From assembly GCA_965637545.1 (NCBI GenBank), contig OZ281494.1:18848001-18912000 (forward strand): a stretch of 64,000 nucleotides of DNA, given 5' to 3'. Within the stretch, counting starts at the first letter, position 1. Each line of letters begins with the position of its first letter. The notes under the pieces are model-generated. The model was not told the origin of the DNA. It searched no databases and worked only from the letters and a program-made list of their open reading frames with translations. Made by a program: the position numbers and the translations under genes. Shown piece after piece: positions 1 through 13,978 of the stretch. The DNA comes from Phallusia mammillata (Eukaryota).

Positions 1-3000
1 GTCATTCTTGAAGAAGTCTTGCGATCATCCGAAAAGTCCGGAAATGAAGTCAGGCTACTAAAATCGGAAAATCGAAAAGAATCTGTGCTCTCGTAGTCCA
101 TATAACAACGGGAGTCGGAAGGAGATGATATAGATGATCCATCATGCAAGGAATGGCTTGGCAAGTCGCCCATAGGCGCAGGATGAAGCTTCCATTCTGC
201 AATGGTTTTTATTTTGGGAGTTGGAGGACGAACCTTTTGTCTGATCACGGAGTTTTGGATATAGCCGTCCGGAGCAATTGGGTATTTACTTTCGAGAATT
301 CGTCTTGCAATTTTTTTATCAAACATACCCGCAAACTCAACTATCTTCAAATAGTGACTGCTTTCTTTCTTTGCAGCATTTATTTCATCATCAAAATCGT
401 TGTTAACTTGTGTATTTAGTTTTTCTGTGGATTGATGTTTTGCTATTGTAGAGACCTTTCCTGACTCCACTTCTTTCTCACTTATTATTTCATTTTTAAC
501 GTTAGTTGCCAATTTTCTGTTAAGTTTGATCACTTTGTTGATAACCAACTTCCATTTCTTTTGCCAGATTTTAGCAGTGTCCGTAGATGACGTACTTTCG
601 GCTTCTGTCACTTGTATTTTGATCATGTGGCCATCAACAGGCGCTGTCTGTATCATATGGAAATGCTTTATGACTTCGTAAACATTTTTGGATTAGGCTC
701 CGGTATAACTATACAGATATGATTACACCAATATGAAAAAAAAATATTCATTGACATTTTGGACTCAAAATAAAAAGTAAACTTTACCGAAATCTTGGCA
801 TCGGTTTCCGCAGTTGGTATCTCATGTCTAGGTTTAAGAATAGATTTCGGCTTTAAATCAGGTGAATGTTTTCGTTCAACAGCTTCCAGTGGAGCCTCAT
901 TAAGGTCGTATAGGTTGCTGGTAGTCCTTGGTTTAATAAAAGTATGTTTGTCAATTCACATTTCTCGCGGTTCGTTTGTTGAAGAGAGTTAAAAACTAAA
1001 TATTTTTAAAGAATAAACAGGTTTTAAGTTTATAACTTACTACCTGAGGTCGTCATCATAAGGCACGGCGCATTCGTTGACATCATCAAAAAAGTTTAAG
1101 TCGTATATTCGTCGATCCTTTATCATTTGACGCGTCATGAACTTGGACAATTCAACAAAACAAACTCGACCCTTTAGCGCCACCAGTAAATCGCGATCAT
1201 TCGGAAAACAAACCGCTGTTGGGTAATGAGGAGCAAAGCACAATTCTCTTATCAGTCTGCAAATATTGTTTTAATATTTTATTATTACAATTTGCGTAGT
1301 GTAAACATATAATATTTAATTATAGAACATTAAAGCAGAAAAGCGTAGCATTATTTTTACCTGTTGTCTTCATCCCAAATTTTGACACATCCATCGTCAC
1401 TTGCACTAACAAAACAATTCAAAGTAGTCGAACTTTCCATTGATGTCACTGATGACGCATGGTCGTCGTCATGTTGATGTATTTTCAGTGAGTCTGCTTC
1501 GTTAATGGGGGTTATTGACGATCGGTTTCCAAACATTGAAGTGCCGTATCGTATCTAACATAATCAAGGTTGAAGACTCATAAATAAAGAATGCACAATA
1601 TCGCATCTAACACAATTAAGTTGAAGACTAAATAATATAGAATGTACAAATACACTTACCCGGGATAGCTCCTTTACAGTTTGCGAGGTTTGCGTTAAGG
1701 CAGTTCTGCGCTTGATTGAGTTCTTGTAAATCGTACTTTTTAGTAAGAGCACAAAAATCCGGTTGTCGCTGTTACATACACACAACCTATCACGAAGGAC
1801 CGCGAGAAATGCAGAGTCAGCCATGCAAGGTGGAAGAGCGATCTTTAACTCTGGTTCCAGTCGTAATAAAATTGGCTCCTGGTGATTTCTAATGTAGCGG
1901 GTTGTGTCAGCAACAATTCTCCAGGTACGGATAGTTGATGATCCCACACTTATTAGATTCTTTTTGCATTTTACTACAATCTCCTCTGCACAAAACATTG
2001 ATGTTTACTGCTAGAATTTTGATTATATTTGAAAATAACATGTAAATATGTAACGGTACCTGGAGTCAAACTACTATCTGTACCTTTGTCGATTGGTCCA
2101 ATATACCGCACACCGCCTAAAAAACGGGGTTTTTTGTTACCTAACGCCTTTCAGTTTAATCATTAGTTTCTATAAAATTGCATAATGTGTGGTGTACTTC
2201 CAATGTTTTGTGGTGACCAATAACCATTCTAGGTCAAACCTGTATGTGCTTGCATAGTTGTAAACCGAAGACTATTCGGGTGAACCAACGCTATTTGACC
2301 GTCCCGCAGACCCGCAAATACTGCTGTAATGCCATCTCGTCGGCCTAAACTAAAAGTCACTGACGTCAAACTAAATACGTCTTGATCATATGGAAGCCCT
2401 GGAACGTAACGTCGGGTAGGAAGGCTGGGATTGGTCGAGCAGTTACACTGCATCACGTGACCATCGGTCAGTTTGATGTAAGCAAGATTGAAAAATGGGT
2501 CAAAGGTCATGTCGGTAAATGTCTGAGAAAAAATAGTATTGTGCGTAGTTAGTCGCTTTTTATTTGTCTCTGCATTTTCAAAGCTATCTGTGCTGTTACA
2601 ACAACCAAGCCAACAAGTTGGTTACCTGAAAGGTGGTCATTGGATAAATCATGGTTAACAGAAGTCCTGTAAGTGGTGATAAGACGGCAACTGATCCATC
2701 TTCCAAAGACGCGAGAATTTTCCCGGGAATTCCCGCTTCTGGGACTCCCTCGATTCTGGTCAGTTTTACGGCGGACGAATGAAGGACAGAATAGAGAGAG
2801 TAAACGTTTGTCAGACGATACAGACTCACCTAAAAACATGAAAATAATAAACATTTTATTCAGTTAAAACAATTCCGTGTTTAGTAAGTCGATTTAATGA
2901 ATTTTAAACAATCAATTAAAACGTTATTCAAAGTTCTAGTAAAATGGTAAAGATGCATTTTTTCAATCGGTAAGCTGGCAAAAACAAACCAAAAACCATC

Positions 3001-6000
3001 ATCATATATTTTTATAACTTACTAAGTGATAAATAGTAGAAAAGTACAGATGGTAAAATCTAAACAAGCGATTTTCGGTATTACCTGCTGCTTGCTTTGA
3101 AAATAAATCAAACTCGGATCAGAACCAAGAAACAAATTTTCAATCTTCTGTCCAGTGTCAATTCGTTGTGTCATCGTAAAAGTCTCTAAGCACCAAACTC
3201 GTATCGAGCCATCAGTAGAGGCGCTAATAAGCATGGGGTGAATCGGATGAGCGAGCAGTCCTGTGATTGAACTTAAGTGACCCCGAAGCACATGAACCAG
3301 ACCGAAGTTGACCTGTTACATGCAGTGTAAACTGAAATACCTTTGCATGTTTTCCATGTTACACAAATATACGACAGAACCAAGCATCTGTACAATAAAA
3401 GGTGTAACTCTAGATATGTATTTCGGCATCAATGGTTATCACATAGAAACACAGCCACGCTGCATTTGACGTTTTTAACATTTATCTTTTGCCTCTCACC
3501 ATGTGCATGATCCGAATCGTACCTTCTCCTCCCCCGGTGACAAAATATCCGAAACGCGCAAAGAAATCGCACCGTGTCAGGGACACGTGGCCGTGCACAT
3601 GATACGTCTTGCCCGTAGCATTCGACTTTGTTGATCTTGATCCTACTTACGGCGTAATTTAAGTTTTTGTTGATTGAAATCTGCATGATTGACAGAAAAG
3701 GCAAAATACGTTAAAAAGTCTCACCCTCATCTGGCAAATCAGTTTTGTGTAAGCTTTTGTCAAAACCATCCAATACTTTGACCTGTGGGTCATAAAGGCG
3801 CACCCCCCACAATTGACAACGTTTCATGTAATCAATGGCAAAAATCCCATCATGACACACGGCCACCAAAAGGCGCTGCTTGCCTCCCGAAATTGATGCT
3901 TTGTCCCGATAAACTCGCATATGAAACACCCAATCGTCGCTGTGAATGTTACATGAGAACGGTGGAAGAGCCTAAACATAATTTAGTACCGTTTTACATT
4001 TATAAATTGCTTTTTAACCCTTTAACTGCGGGGGGCGCATAAATGCGCCCCGAGACATGCCTCGTTGTAAACAGCGATAAAAATCATATCAGTGCGAATA
4101 TTTTTTCCAACTGGGGTGCGTTTGAAAGCTTATGCATATTGGATTCAATTTATTCGAAAAAAATGATATGTCAGTATTTGAAAAAAATTAATTGCACTAA
4201 GGAGAAAGTAAAAATTCGGAAAAAAACATGTTTTTTCCTAATTTTTGTTCTTGAGCCGTTTTTTGTTATTTTACGCTTGGTTGATTCACAGAAAGCTGTT
4301 TGGAGTTGATTTCAGGGCTTTGCGTGCGTGTTGCGGCGATCTTTGTTTACAATTTGATATGTGTGCAGCTGAATTGGGCTTGGAAGTGGGTAGTTGGGTG
4401 CAGTAAATTTGCCTTGGTTTGCTTGAATATAGTGCTGTATCAGTCAGTTTAGCTACTATTAGTGGTGACAGCAGTTATTTGTCACGAAAACAACTGTTGT
4501 AGAAGCCTTTTGACTCGGGAAGTTTATGGTTGCTGACCTATATTTTGATTGTATTTGGTCATCAACTGTATTTATATTTGTCAAATGATGGGAGGATTTG
4601 GCCTCATAAATGGACAACAAATACAGAAGAATCAGTGCAAAGTTCCTTTGGAATGCTTGGAAATTGGAATTGTGGTTTTTCTGCTAACTTCTGTGAACTG
4701 TGTTTCAAAATTTTACATGTTGTGGTGTAATGATACATAATAAACATCCCATGTACAAACACTTGTGAAAGCATTATGTGTACAGGTATTTGGTAAACAT
4801 TAGAATAAGTCAGTAAATTGGAAAGATTGCCAATAATTGTTATTAAAAACAAGTTTTATACCCTCAAAAACATTAATTTTGTCCTTTACTACAGTAAAAC
4901 AAGAAACTAAAATTGTTCATTATGACGTCATGGGCTAATTAATAACGTCATCGAAAAAACACACATCAATATTTTTTTAAGGAATTATTTGTAAAACAAC
5001 TTGGAACTAATAATTGTAACGAAAAACATAAATAAACTGCAATTTTATGAAAAGACAGAATTGAAATGACGTCATTTCGTAAGTGATGACGTCATTGAAA
5101 AAAAAATTTTTTTTAATTGTAGAACATTTTATACCCAACAACTTTCCCAGAGAAAGTTGTTGCCTATCTTCTATCGATTTTGCATTAAACCTTAAAGAGC
5201 AAGAGCATGTCTAAACCATAATTTTTGTCAAAAAGAATTCAGCAGTTAAAGGGTTAAATCTATTACAAAGAATAAAAAATTCTTTCACCTGAAGCATTTG
5301 TCTTCCTGGTCCATAACCCTCAGGATTTTTCTGTTGAGAAATTCCACCGTGAAGTTTCAGGCTTCCGCGGCGAACTCTGCCAGATGCGGCTGTTTCTAAA
5401 TAATTTTTCTTTTCCAAAACGAGCACTCTCTGTGCAACTAAGCAGAGTACCTCCTTGCAGCTATGTTTCAGACTGCACAACGACTTTATAATGAGATTTA
5501 ATTACGTTTAAATCATTTATAATGAGGTTTGACCGTACTCCCTTTACCACATTCAAACCCACTTAGTATTGTTTTCATATAAACGACGACTGCAAAGAAA
5601 GCTACGTGGTCTGAAGCGAAAATGCGGCCTACCAGTCAGGTGATAACACTGCTACCAAATCAAGTCCAAAGCATTTTAGTTACCATTCTAACAGCCACAA
5701 ACCGTCCGAATGCGACGACTTTAGGTTGGTGGAAAGCCGAATTTTCCACGGTTGAATGACCCCAATTCCACCTGTTACTACCTCATCGGTTTCATCCAGG
5801 TAAACCATTGAGAGAACAGGCATTGCGCACACTGTTGGTGCTGATACAACTTTACATCGGTGAATCGTGTCAGCAAAGACACGTAGGTTTTTGTCACTTC
5901 CAAAAGCTACGAAAAGCCTACGTTTCTTTGGTCAAAATCAATGTTTTAAATGCTAATAGTTAGGTTGTCCCTCTACCTGTAGTTAGGAACCCAGACAATG

Positions 6001-6608
6001 TGCTGTAGGGGAGGACCGTTGACAGGAAACCTCGTGTTGTACACCTCATTGGATTTTTCAGAAGCTTTAAAAAGAATTTATTTACGGCTGATCTAAAGTA
6101 GGGGTTAAGTTAGGTCACATAATTTTCATTTTGCCTAATTCTTATGCTAAACTTCGTTTTCGTCGCTTTCTTTTTGAAACATTGGCAGTTTTTGTTAATT
6201 TTTAAGCAACTAAACGTCAAACTGTGGTGGTAGGAAACATTACCTTTAGTAGCCAACACAGGAAAGTCTTGGTCAGCTTTGTGGTGTTTTCGCAGATGAA
6301 ATACGTTTCCAGGTCCAGTCCCATGGTTCACTAAAGACACAACAACCATGTTTTTCTTAACTATACTTATTTTTTACGACACCTTTCTTATTCTTACCTA
6401 AAAATTCTTCGCGAACTGAGTTGCTCCGATACGCAACACAGCGGATCGGATCACGAAACGAAAACGTCACTTGGTGGTGAAACCCATGTGTGAGACACAT
6501 TGAGTGGTCATTTCTATTGATGGCCCCACCTCCATTTTTGACCACACTTTGCAGTTCCTCTCTGACCACAGACCACTTTTTATACTTGGGATCGACAGCA
6601 TTTAGCAT
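1..6608 (-). pseudogene. WDR87: WDR87/WDR97-like WD40-repeat gene, 5' portion; several frameshifts (pseudogene or assembly errors); runs off the left edge
   Basis: Approximate exons: 6398-6608 (MLNAVDPKYKKWSVVREEL), 6244-6330, 5673-5952 (RLFVAFGSDKNLRVF), 5289-5471, 3725-3978, 3505-3681 (FVTGGGEGTIRIM), 3085-3313 (LRGHLSSITGLLAHPIHPMLISASTDGSIRVW), 2630-2831, 2240-2525, 1660-2010, 1361-1554 (FVSASDDGCVKIWD), 1044-1256 (AVCFPNDRDLLV), 788-995, 1-708 (YPIAPDGYIQNSVIR). WD40 motifs are seen directly. The CF.NDRxDLLV and PIAPDGYxxNSVIR motifs match WDR87 from memory; WDR97 is not excluded. Confidence 0.7.
4018..5253. mobile_element. Non-autonomous piggyBac-like element in a WDR87-like intron
   Basis: TTAA at 4014-4017 and 5254-5257; perfect 12-bp TIR CCCTTTAACTGC / GCAGTTAAAGGG. 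Removing it leaves a normal ~90-nt intron. No transposase ORF. Confidence 0.85.
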
Positions 6609-7121
6609 GTTATCAACTTTTCATCGCTTCATGGCAGCATTAAGGCCTTCCATATATGACCACAAACGTTAACCTAAGACTTACAATTCATTTTGTGACG
6701 TCATACACATGGCTTTGTATGACAAACGACACTTGTTGCAAAGATAATTATACTAGTGATGCCTCAAAACTAGTAACTACCTCCTACTGAAGGATGGATT
6801 TATGTCTTAAGCTAAAACTTAGGACAACGGGAAAGAGGTTAATTTCCTTGTCATAACAAACGACTTTCCGGAAATATTGTGTTTAGGCTACGGAATTCAT
6901 AACAGCCAATTTTTGACCAAACAAGAAAACTTACTCTCATCAACTGATAGTTACCGTGCTAATATGATAACAGTGTTTTTTCTTGGGTTGTAAGTTCGTT
7001 CTTATCTTGTGTATAAGTTACATACATTTAAGGTGAAATAAAATACAGAACGTTGATAAAGCTAAGGACAAAATGGGGCCATAAGCCATAAACATCACCA
7101 TTTTATAGAAATGGGTACAAC

Positions 7122-7619
7122 TAGTGGTGTACCGAATCGGCTAAATTTCGATTCGGCCGAAACCGAATATTCGGCGGTTTTGCCGAATAAATTCGGCCGA
7201 ATCAAACGAATCATTTATGACGTCACGCGAAGTCGTACGCTACGCGTTTGACGTGAAAAAATGTTTTTCTACCAGGCAACCAGCGCAAAATAGTTGTTTT
7301 TCGTCCTCATTTCAGTTCTGTGGGGTTCAAAATTGCCTTAAGCATGATTGGCAACCTGCCAATGAATTAGTAATTTTTTTGACTACCGTGGGAAAAACGA
7401 TAATGTGTTGAAAAAGATACTTTCGTTATGTTTGGGCTTTTGAAAGATTGCGTAGACCTTAATAAGCAGAAAAGACACGTTTAACGCTTCAAATTTGTGT
7501 TCGTAAAAGATTCGGTTTCGGCCGAATCGCAACAAATTATTCGGCCGAAACCGAATCTTTGCAAAAATGACCGATTCGGCCGAATAAATTCGGCAAACCG
7601 AATATTCGGTACATCTCTG
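7122..7619. mobile_element. hAT-type MITE (CCGAA/TTCGG-rich family)
   Basis: Imperfect TIR TAGTGGTGTACCGAA / TTCGGTACATCTCTG; 8-bp TSD GGTACAAC (7114-7121, 7620-7627); subterminal ccgaat/attcgg repeats. Confidence 0.8.
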
Positions 7620-8711
7620 GGTACAACCATATTTATTAAGACGTTGTCATTCAAAACTCGGACAAATATTAAAAATAGCGACGGTATGGCAACACTGCTC
7701 ATACTATATAAAGCGCAGACAGCTCTACGCATTTGGCAAAAAGGGGCTTTTCCTCATTAGTGCATCAGTTAGTTAAGCAAATATTTAATTGTAACTTAAA
7801 TGTAAAACAATTTTACATTAAAATCACCGGTTTCTTGAGGTAGGTCGACTTTTGAGCCAACCGAAATATCGTCTCATCACCAAACGAAACCCGGCAAGAA
7901 GGCACATTCCCCTGTTCCAGTTTATGACCGCCGTGCTGCGGACACCAGTGTGCGATCAGATACTGCAGCTGGAATTAATTTTCAATTAACTGCATTTTTG
8001 CGCGCCAAAATCCGGTTTTATGCAAATATTAAATAGTTGTTTGGCATCGAAGCACTTGAACAATCTCATGTGCATACAAACTAATGTGCATACATCATTT
8101 TTCATCAAAACAGCCACAATTTTCTCAAATGCCCGCGGGCGTAAATGCTTATTTGGCGATAGAAAACAAGACACTTCAGTTCGAAATCTACTAATCGCAC
8201 AAGTGAAAACATATTTGCATTCAGATTGCTAAGTTTTCTTCGTTTGCATCCAATTATGGTATAAATAGCAGTAATGCACCTATAATTCAACCGATTCAAG
8301 TTCAAGTTGTTTATCTAGTCGGAGTCGTTGAGTCAGTTATGTGGAAGTAATTTTTTTACCAATAGAATTTGCGTTTGTGTCCCACAATTAACTTACATTG
8401 GCTTGTTGGAAAGTAATTTTCACTCATGCGGATAACGCAATTTAACTGATTTGTTACTGAATCGTTACTTGTTTTATTGCGGTATAGGTAGTTTGAGAAG
8501 ACGCTCACGCTGAAACAATGGAGGAAATGTAAAATAATTTGTTTTACTGTTTATCTCTGAAAGTGGATCGCTTTCAGGCTTAAGTTTGAATAAAACCTGG
8601 GCTGGAATTACAAAAAAAATCAGTTTAAACAATGTTCAGGTCTTGAAGGCATAATCCCCGATTGGGCTTTTATACTTACTACATTTCATGCCACAGACGC
8701 TTAAAGCCAAC

Positions 8712-11700
8712 ATGTTGAATATAAACTTAGTGACATGTTTGCTAGTACTTGAGGTGCTCACCTTTTCAGCGGGTTTTCCAACCAAGTTGGACGTTCAAAA
8801 TTTGAAGGTAAAATGTGTTTGTTTGTTGTGCTGTGTTGATATTAAACCAAAATAGCGATTCAGGAAACTTATTTAAGAACTATCGTTATTTGCACAGTTT
8901 TACGAGTAAATGCTCTTGCAGGTGGGAGATGGAATCGTTGATTTCAGCCTACCAGCATTGGACAAAAATATACAGTACGATGTTTCCATAACATCTACGG
9001 AGGTAAAAAATACATGAAAAGTTGTGCTTGAGTAACAGTTATGTGCGTCTTATAACGACAATTTGATAAACCCATTGTGACAAATGACGAAAAAAAAGAA
9101 TGAGTTAAGTTATTAAAACCAATGTAAACACTTGTGCACACAAAAAATTAACTTATGTGAACGTTTGTTTGAAAATGCAATTGCAGTTTATTTTAACGAT
9201 GCTATATTTTGGTAGCTTACTTAGTAGTTTGCTGTAATGCTTTTACACTTTGTGTTGAAATATCAGAACGGTCCATCAACAAATGCTACTTACAGCGGAG
9301 ATGTTTCAGTGGTGCAGATGCGGTTTCTTATGATTCCTTACTCTTCGTATGTGTTAAATGTCAAAATCAACATCGGTGGACAAGAAATTATGGGCAACGC
9401 GAGTTTTCAAACAGGCTGTAAATATTTAAACTTTATAACGACCAATTTATTTGGTACGAAACCCCATTTGGTTATCTCGTGGCAAATTTAACAGTGTTTC
9501 CAACCAAAATATTTGCAGGCAGACTCTATAAGCTGTTTAATTTGACATATCAGAGCAAAATGTCAGTATGCTTTGAGCACGATATTTAGTTTTTTTTTTG
9601 TATATCAGTATAGTTAAAAATGAGATTATTTGGGAATATAGTCTTGAATGCTTGATTTAATTTTGTCTACAAACTACAAGTTTTATTATGTTTTAGCATG
9701 TGAGATATTTTCATGCCAACCACGAAATTACAAATACAATGGATTTGTTTGCATCTCACCTCTGGATATATGCGATGGGGAATTACAATGCTTATTCGGA
9801 GAAGACGAAAATTCTTGCAAGTAAGAAAAAAATCACAACCTGTGTACAATATAACATCAGATTCCGGAGGGTATAATAAATTGCGTTAAACGCTTGTTAC
9901 TTTTTCCCATTTAGCATCTATACCAAACCAAATTTCGTCTTTTTTTAACTAAAGTCATTCTTTGCAGCTCCGCAATATATCGAGAAGATTTTTGTGATAA
10001 ACAATTGCCTTCGTACCTCTGTAAGTATTTACTTGTTAATGTGTATAGTTTTATTTTTTGATATGTTTGGTATACTTTGTGTTTTTTAGTTAACGCCACA
10101 AAAGTTGATCTTCATGTCCAGGAGGTAAGTCGAATGACTAATAAACTTGGAAGTTTGCCACCCATTTCACCCATATTGCCGTTTTAAAGCTATTTTCTTG
10201 TATTAAGTTCAATGGCCGAATAATCAACAGTTTAAAAAATGTTTAAGTACACGATCTTATATTATAGGTTGGGGAAAGACATGTAAAATTCAATATGAGT
10301 AGAATCGAAGGTGTTGCGTCCTACAAACTGACCATACTTCCGTGCTACGAGGTATGCGTTTTCCTATTCATTACGTTTGCCATTCGACCTATGACATGAC
10401 ATCATGTATTAGACCGAAAACACAGCAACTGAGGCTATATTTTCCGCCACATCAGAATCTTTGCAAGTCATGATAATGAAAACAAACCTTGTACCACATG
10501 CTGTGCACAAAGCTGTTGTCGAAGCTAAAGGTTTGGACGGGACAACTTTTGGTGGCTCTACAAAGTTTTTTACACCAGGTCAGCTCACATAATTTACGTT
10601 TTTATACTGTAAGTTCTATAAAACGCAGGTGAAAATGCGCAATAGTTTTTCATGTTGTTAATGTGGAATTGTGCATAAAAATGACTAAAACATGTAATTG
10701 TAAGTTCGTTTATGGTACGCTACTATTTTTTTTTTGAAATGAAACACCTACTTCAAAATACTATACTCTTGAAGAATGTATCATTCCTCTATATTGCCTA
10801 TCACCTGGAAAAACTCTATCAACTTGCCTGACAGAGGAGATAATGTGCGATGGAGTAGAAGATTGCTGGGATGGAACGGACGAGCAACATTGCGAACTGT
10901 TTCAAAGGCACGTATTCTTCTGCTTGCGTCACACTGTTGTATTAAAAATAAAACCCACGAAATTTTGCTGCTACGCAATCAAATTGTGCATATATTTTTC
11001 GTAAATTTGCCTTAAATGTTGGTAACTTATGAACTAATTTGCTGCTCGCCACCTTTCACAGAGTCAACGAAACATCGAAAAACTTGACAACTCAAGGTAA
11101 TAAAATGTTTGGTATTTTGCATGAGTATTTTGGTAATTACCAGCTATATTTCATTAAACTCTACAAATACCCTTTTCCAAAATCTGTTTTGCATTTTTGC
11201 GCCCAAATCGGCAAAACATAGGAAAAGTAAACCTACTTAAAAGTATGTTTAAAAAAAATAATATTTTTTCGAAGTAATGATTTTTACTGATACTTTTCTT
11301 CAGAACCGGATGCACCGGCGTATCAGAATATTTATAACAGGTGCAGTGGCTCTGTTTTTATTTGTTCGGTTTCCACTCAAGCTTCAGTAAAAATGTATTT
11401 TTTCGTATTTAAAAAATTTGCAGTAAGCCTGTATGCAAAACTAGCTATTACCTTTATTGACGTTTTTACTTTATAGCTCAATCGAACTACCAACAAACCT
11501 AACAGTCAAAGTCATTTCGGTAAGATTTTAGATACGAATACATTGCAGGGTTATGCTTTTACGTAATGCATGATCAACGTATTTGCAAAGATAAATGTTT
11601 AAACGACTTAAATGTATTTCATCTTACGAGCTTCATCTTAAAACTGTTTTACAGGTTGGCGATGGTTTTGTGGAAATAAGTGTTAGCCCAATTTCATTGC

Positions 11701-13262
11701 AAGCTTTTTACGACATCATCGTCGTAAATACTTTCACGGATGAGGTACAAATATTTTTTTGGTGTTTTAGGTCCTAACCGAATTAAATTTTCGAAAGGTG
11801 TTACTAATTACTATGTAATACTACGTTTCTATTACTAAATAAGTAACTTACGTTTTATCAAATTACAGTTTGGCCGCTGGCTTCAAGGACCACCGGTAAC
11901 ATCAACAACACTTAGTGGTGATGAACTTGTGTCATCCGTCAAGATAATGTTTCCAATGATGGAAGTAAATAAATACATAGTGACGCTTAAAACTATTGTT
12001 GGAAGCCAAGAATTAGTCGGCCAAGCTGGTTTTATGACAAAATGTAAGAAAGTATCAAGTTTGTTGGATTTCTATTTTATTTCTAGTTTAGTTTTTAAAA
12101 TCCTCAAAATCAATTTGACACCGATTTCGGCCAAAAAAATATGCCAAGTTTTAGGAAACGAATTGGATAAAAATGCAACAGTACGTTTTGGCCTCACGAG
12201 TTCGGGCTATTGTTACATCACAAACATATGACTTAAATTAGACTGGTTATCGCTTATTTAAGTTTGATTCCAAAATTAAACGTTAATAAATCATATATTG
12301 GAGACTAAATGTTTGTAAATTTGAATGGAAGACTTTTTTTGAACTAAAACACCCGACCATGTAGAAAAATGAAGAAAATGTCATTTACAAGTATGTTCTG
12401 TAATTTAACGACGTCCACTTTTTATTTAGGTTGCACTTTAAACTGGTTCTTTGAAACGAAATGTTCGGTCTCGGACTCTCTCCTCTGTATATCTCCACAG
12501 TTCATATGTGACAACAAAACTTTGTGTTCAGAAGGACAAGATGAAGCCTTCTGCGAATACTTCCACTATCAGTACGTTTATACATATTTTGCTCAACCTT
12601 TTGTATGGTAAAATACGTGTTGTTTTGTTTGTTTCAAAAGAAAGAAACCTCTCGATCCAGAACACTGCTACTGGAATCATAACCTTGGTAAGACTTTATG
12701 TTTCTTTATCCTGTGTTTCAACTTACTCATGATACTGTGTTTTTAGATCTGGCCTACGGCATTATTGACAAGGTAATGATTTGTAGTTTTGTGAATCAAA
12801 TTTGTTGCTAAAAATCTATTTTGTTTATAGTTTGACAATGGAACTTATTACGTAAGGATGCAGAAAGTGGAACGTGCAACATCATACGTTGTTTATGTCG
12901 GATATTACGCTGTAAGATTTGTAGTAAAAACATGCTCATGCCTCCTGCTTATGCGCAAGGTTTAATTAGACTTCGTGGGAAGAAGTTTATAGTCATTTTT
13001 ATTTGTCATTTCGTGAGAAGGTTTAATCCTGAATCCTCACCTAATCCTTTTTAGATGTAACGTGCAAAAAAGCAAGAAAAGTTATGAAAAAGTTACAATT
13101 TTTTTTATTGTACAGTGGGACGATTTCCACTGGCTACAGCTAAGTCAATCTTTTCCTGCAACTAATGATGATGTGCAAGTGATGGTCTTGACCGATCTCG
13201 ACTTCGCTGCCTTTGGCATCAAAATTTCTGTTGAAGCTTACATCGGGGACCGTTACTTATAG
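8712..13262 (+). CDS. Secreted mosaic protein: signal peptide, FN3-like x2, LDLa, linker, FN3-like, LDLa, FN3-like (~17 exons, ~500 aa)
   Basis: ATG 8712 gives signal peptide MLNINLVTCLLVLEVLTFSAG. Exons splice in phase throughout (e.g. 8712-8807, 8922-9002, ~9268-9418, ~10775-10905, 11062-11096, 11304-11340, 12430 onward, 12641 onward, last exon ending TAG 13262). LDLa 1: CIIPLYCLSPGKTLSTCLTEEIMCDGVEDCWDGTDEQHC. LDLa 2: CTLNWFFETKCSVSDSLLCISPQFICDNKTLCSEGQDEAFC. Three homologous VG(D/E) exons mark repeated beta-sandwich modules; the FN3 call is inference. Confidence 0.75.
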
Positions 13263-13978
13263 GTTAATAAGTTTTAGCACTGACAGATTTCTTATTACAG
13301 AATAATATCGTTATTTCGGTTGTGCATAAATTGTGTATTGCTTTTAATGTCATTAATTAAAGTAAACACAATGTTATGTGAATTTTAACCTTTACTGACG
13401 TAAAATATTTTGGAACTATTGTGTGTGTCCGTTACAATTGATTACAATCGATTGCCCCCAAATAAGGTTTTGGTTGGTGGTCTTGTGTACATATACTTGT
13501 TGTAAGGGTTTTGCGTAAAGTTTTACAATTTGAGGTGAAATTAAAATCCATTTTACGCGGTGTCGTATTTTTTTATTATTATGTATGAATGAACAGTACT
13601 AACTACAGTTACAGTCAAATTTGTGTTTTTTTTATTTTGATTTTTCAAACCAGTTAGCCAAACTAAAGAAGATTGTTTCTAATTCAAAAAGACTGAGCTT
13701 TTAAAAGTTTAATTTTTTGGGTATGATTACCAAATGTTTCAGTCAGGTACACTCGATCGCTTTATGCTCAGGTCAAATATATGAAACTAACCAAGTAACT
13801 GAATATTCGACTGTCACTCAAATCAAACATAGACGGAAATTGACAAATGTAGCAATCGTTTGTTTTTATTGCAATCTGTCACTCAATTACATGATCCAGT
13901 TGCTTCCTTTTACACTTTCAGTCTGTAAAAAATATTGTTCATTAATCTACATTTTATTGTTATATTTTCCATTCGTTA

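Noticed and set aside
144-992. Plus-strand ORFs 144-419 and 795-992
   Set aside because: Antisense shadows of WDR87-like exons.
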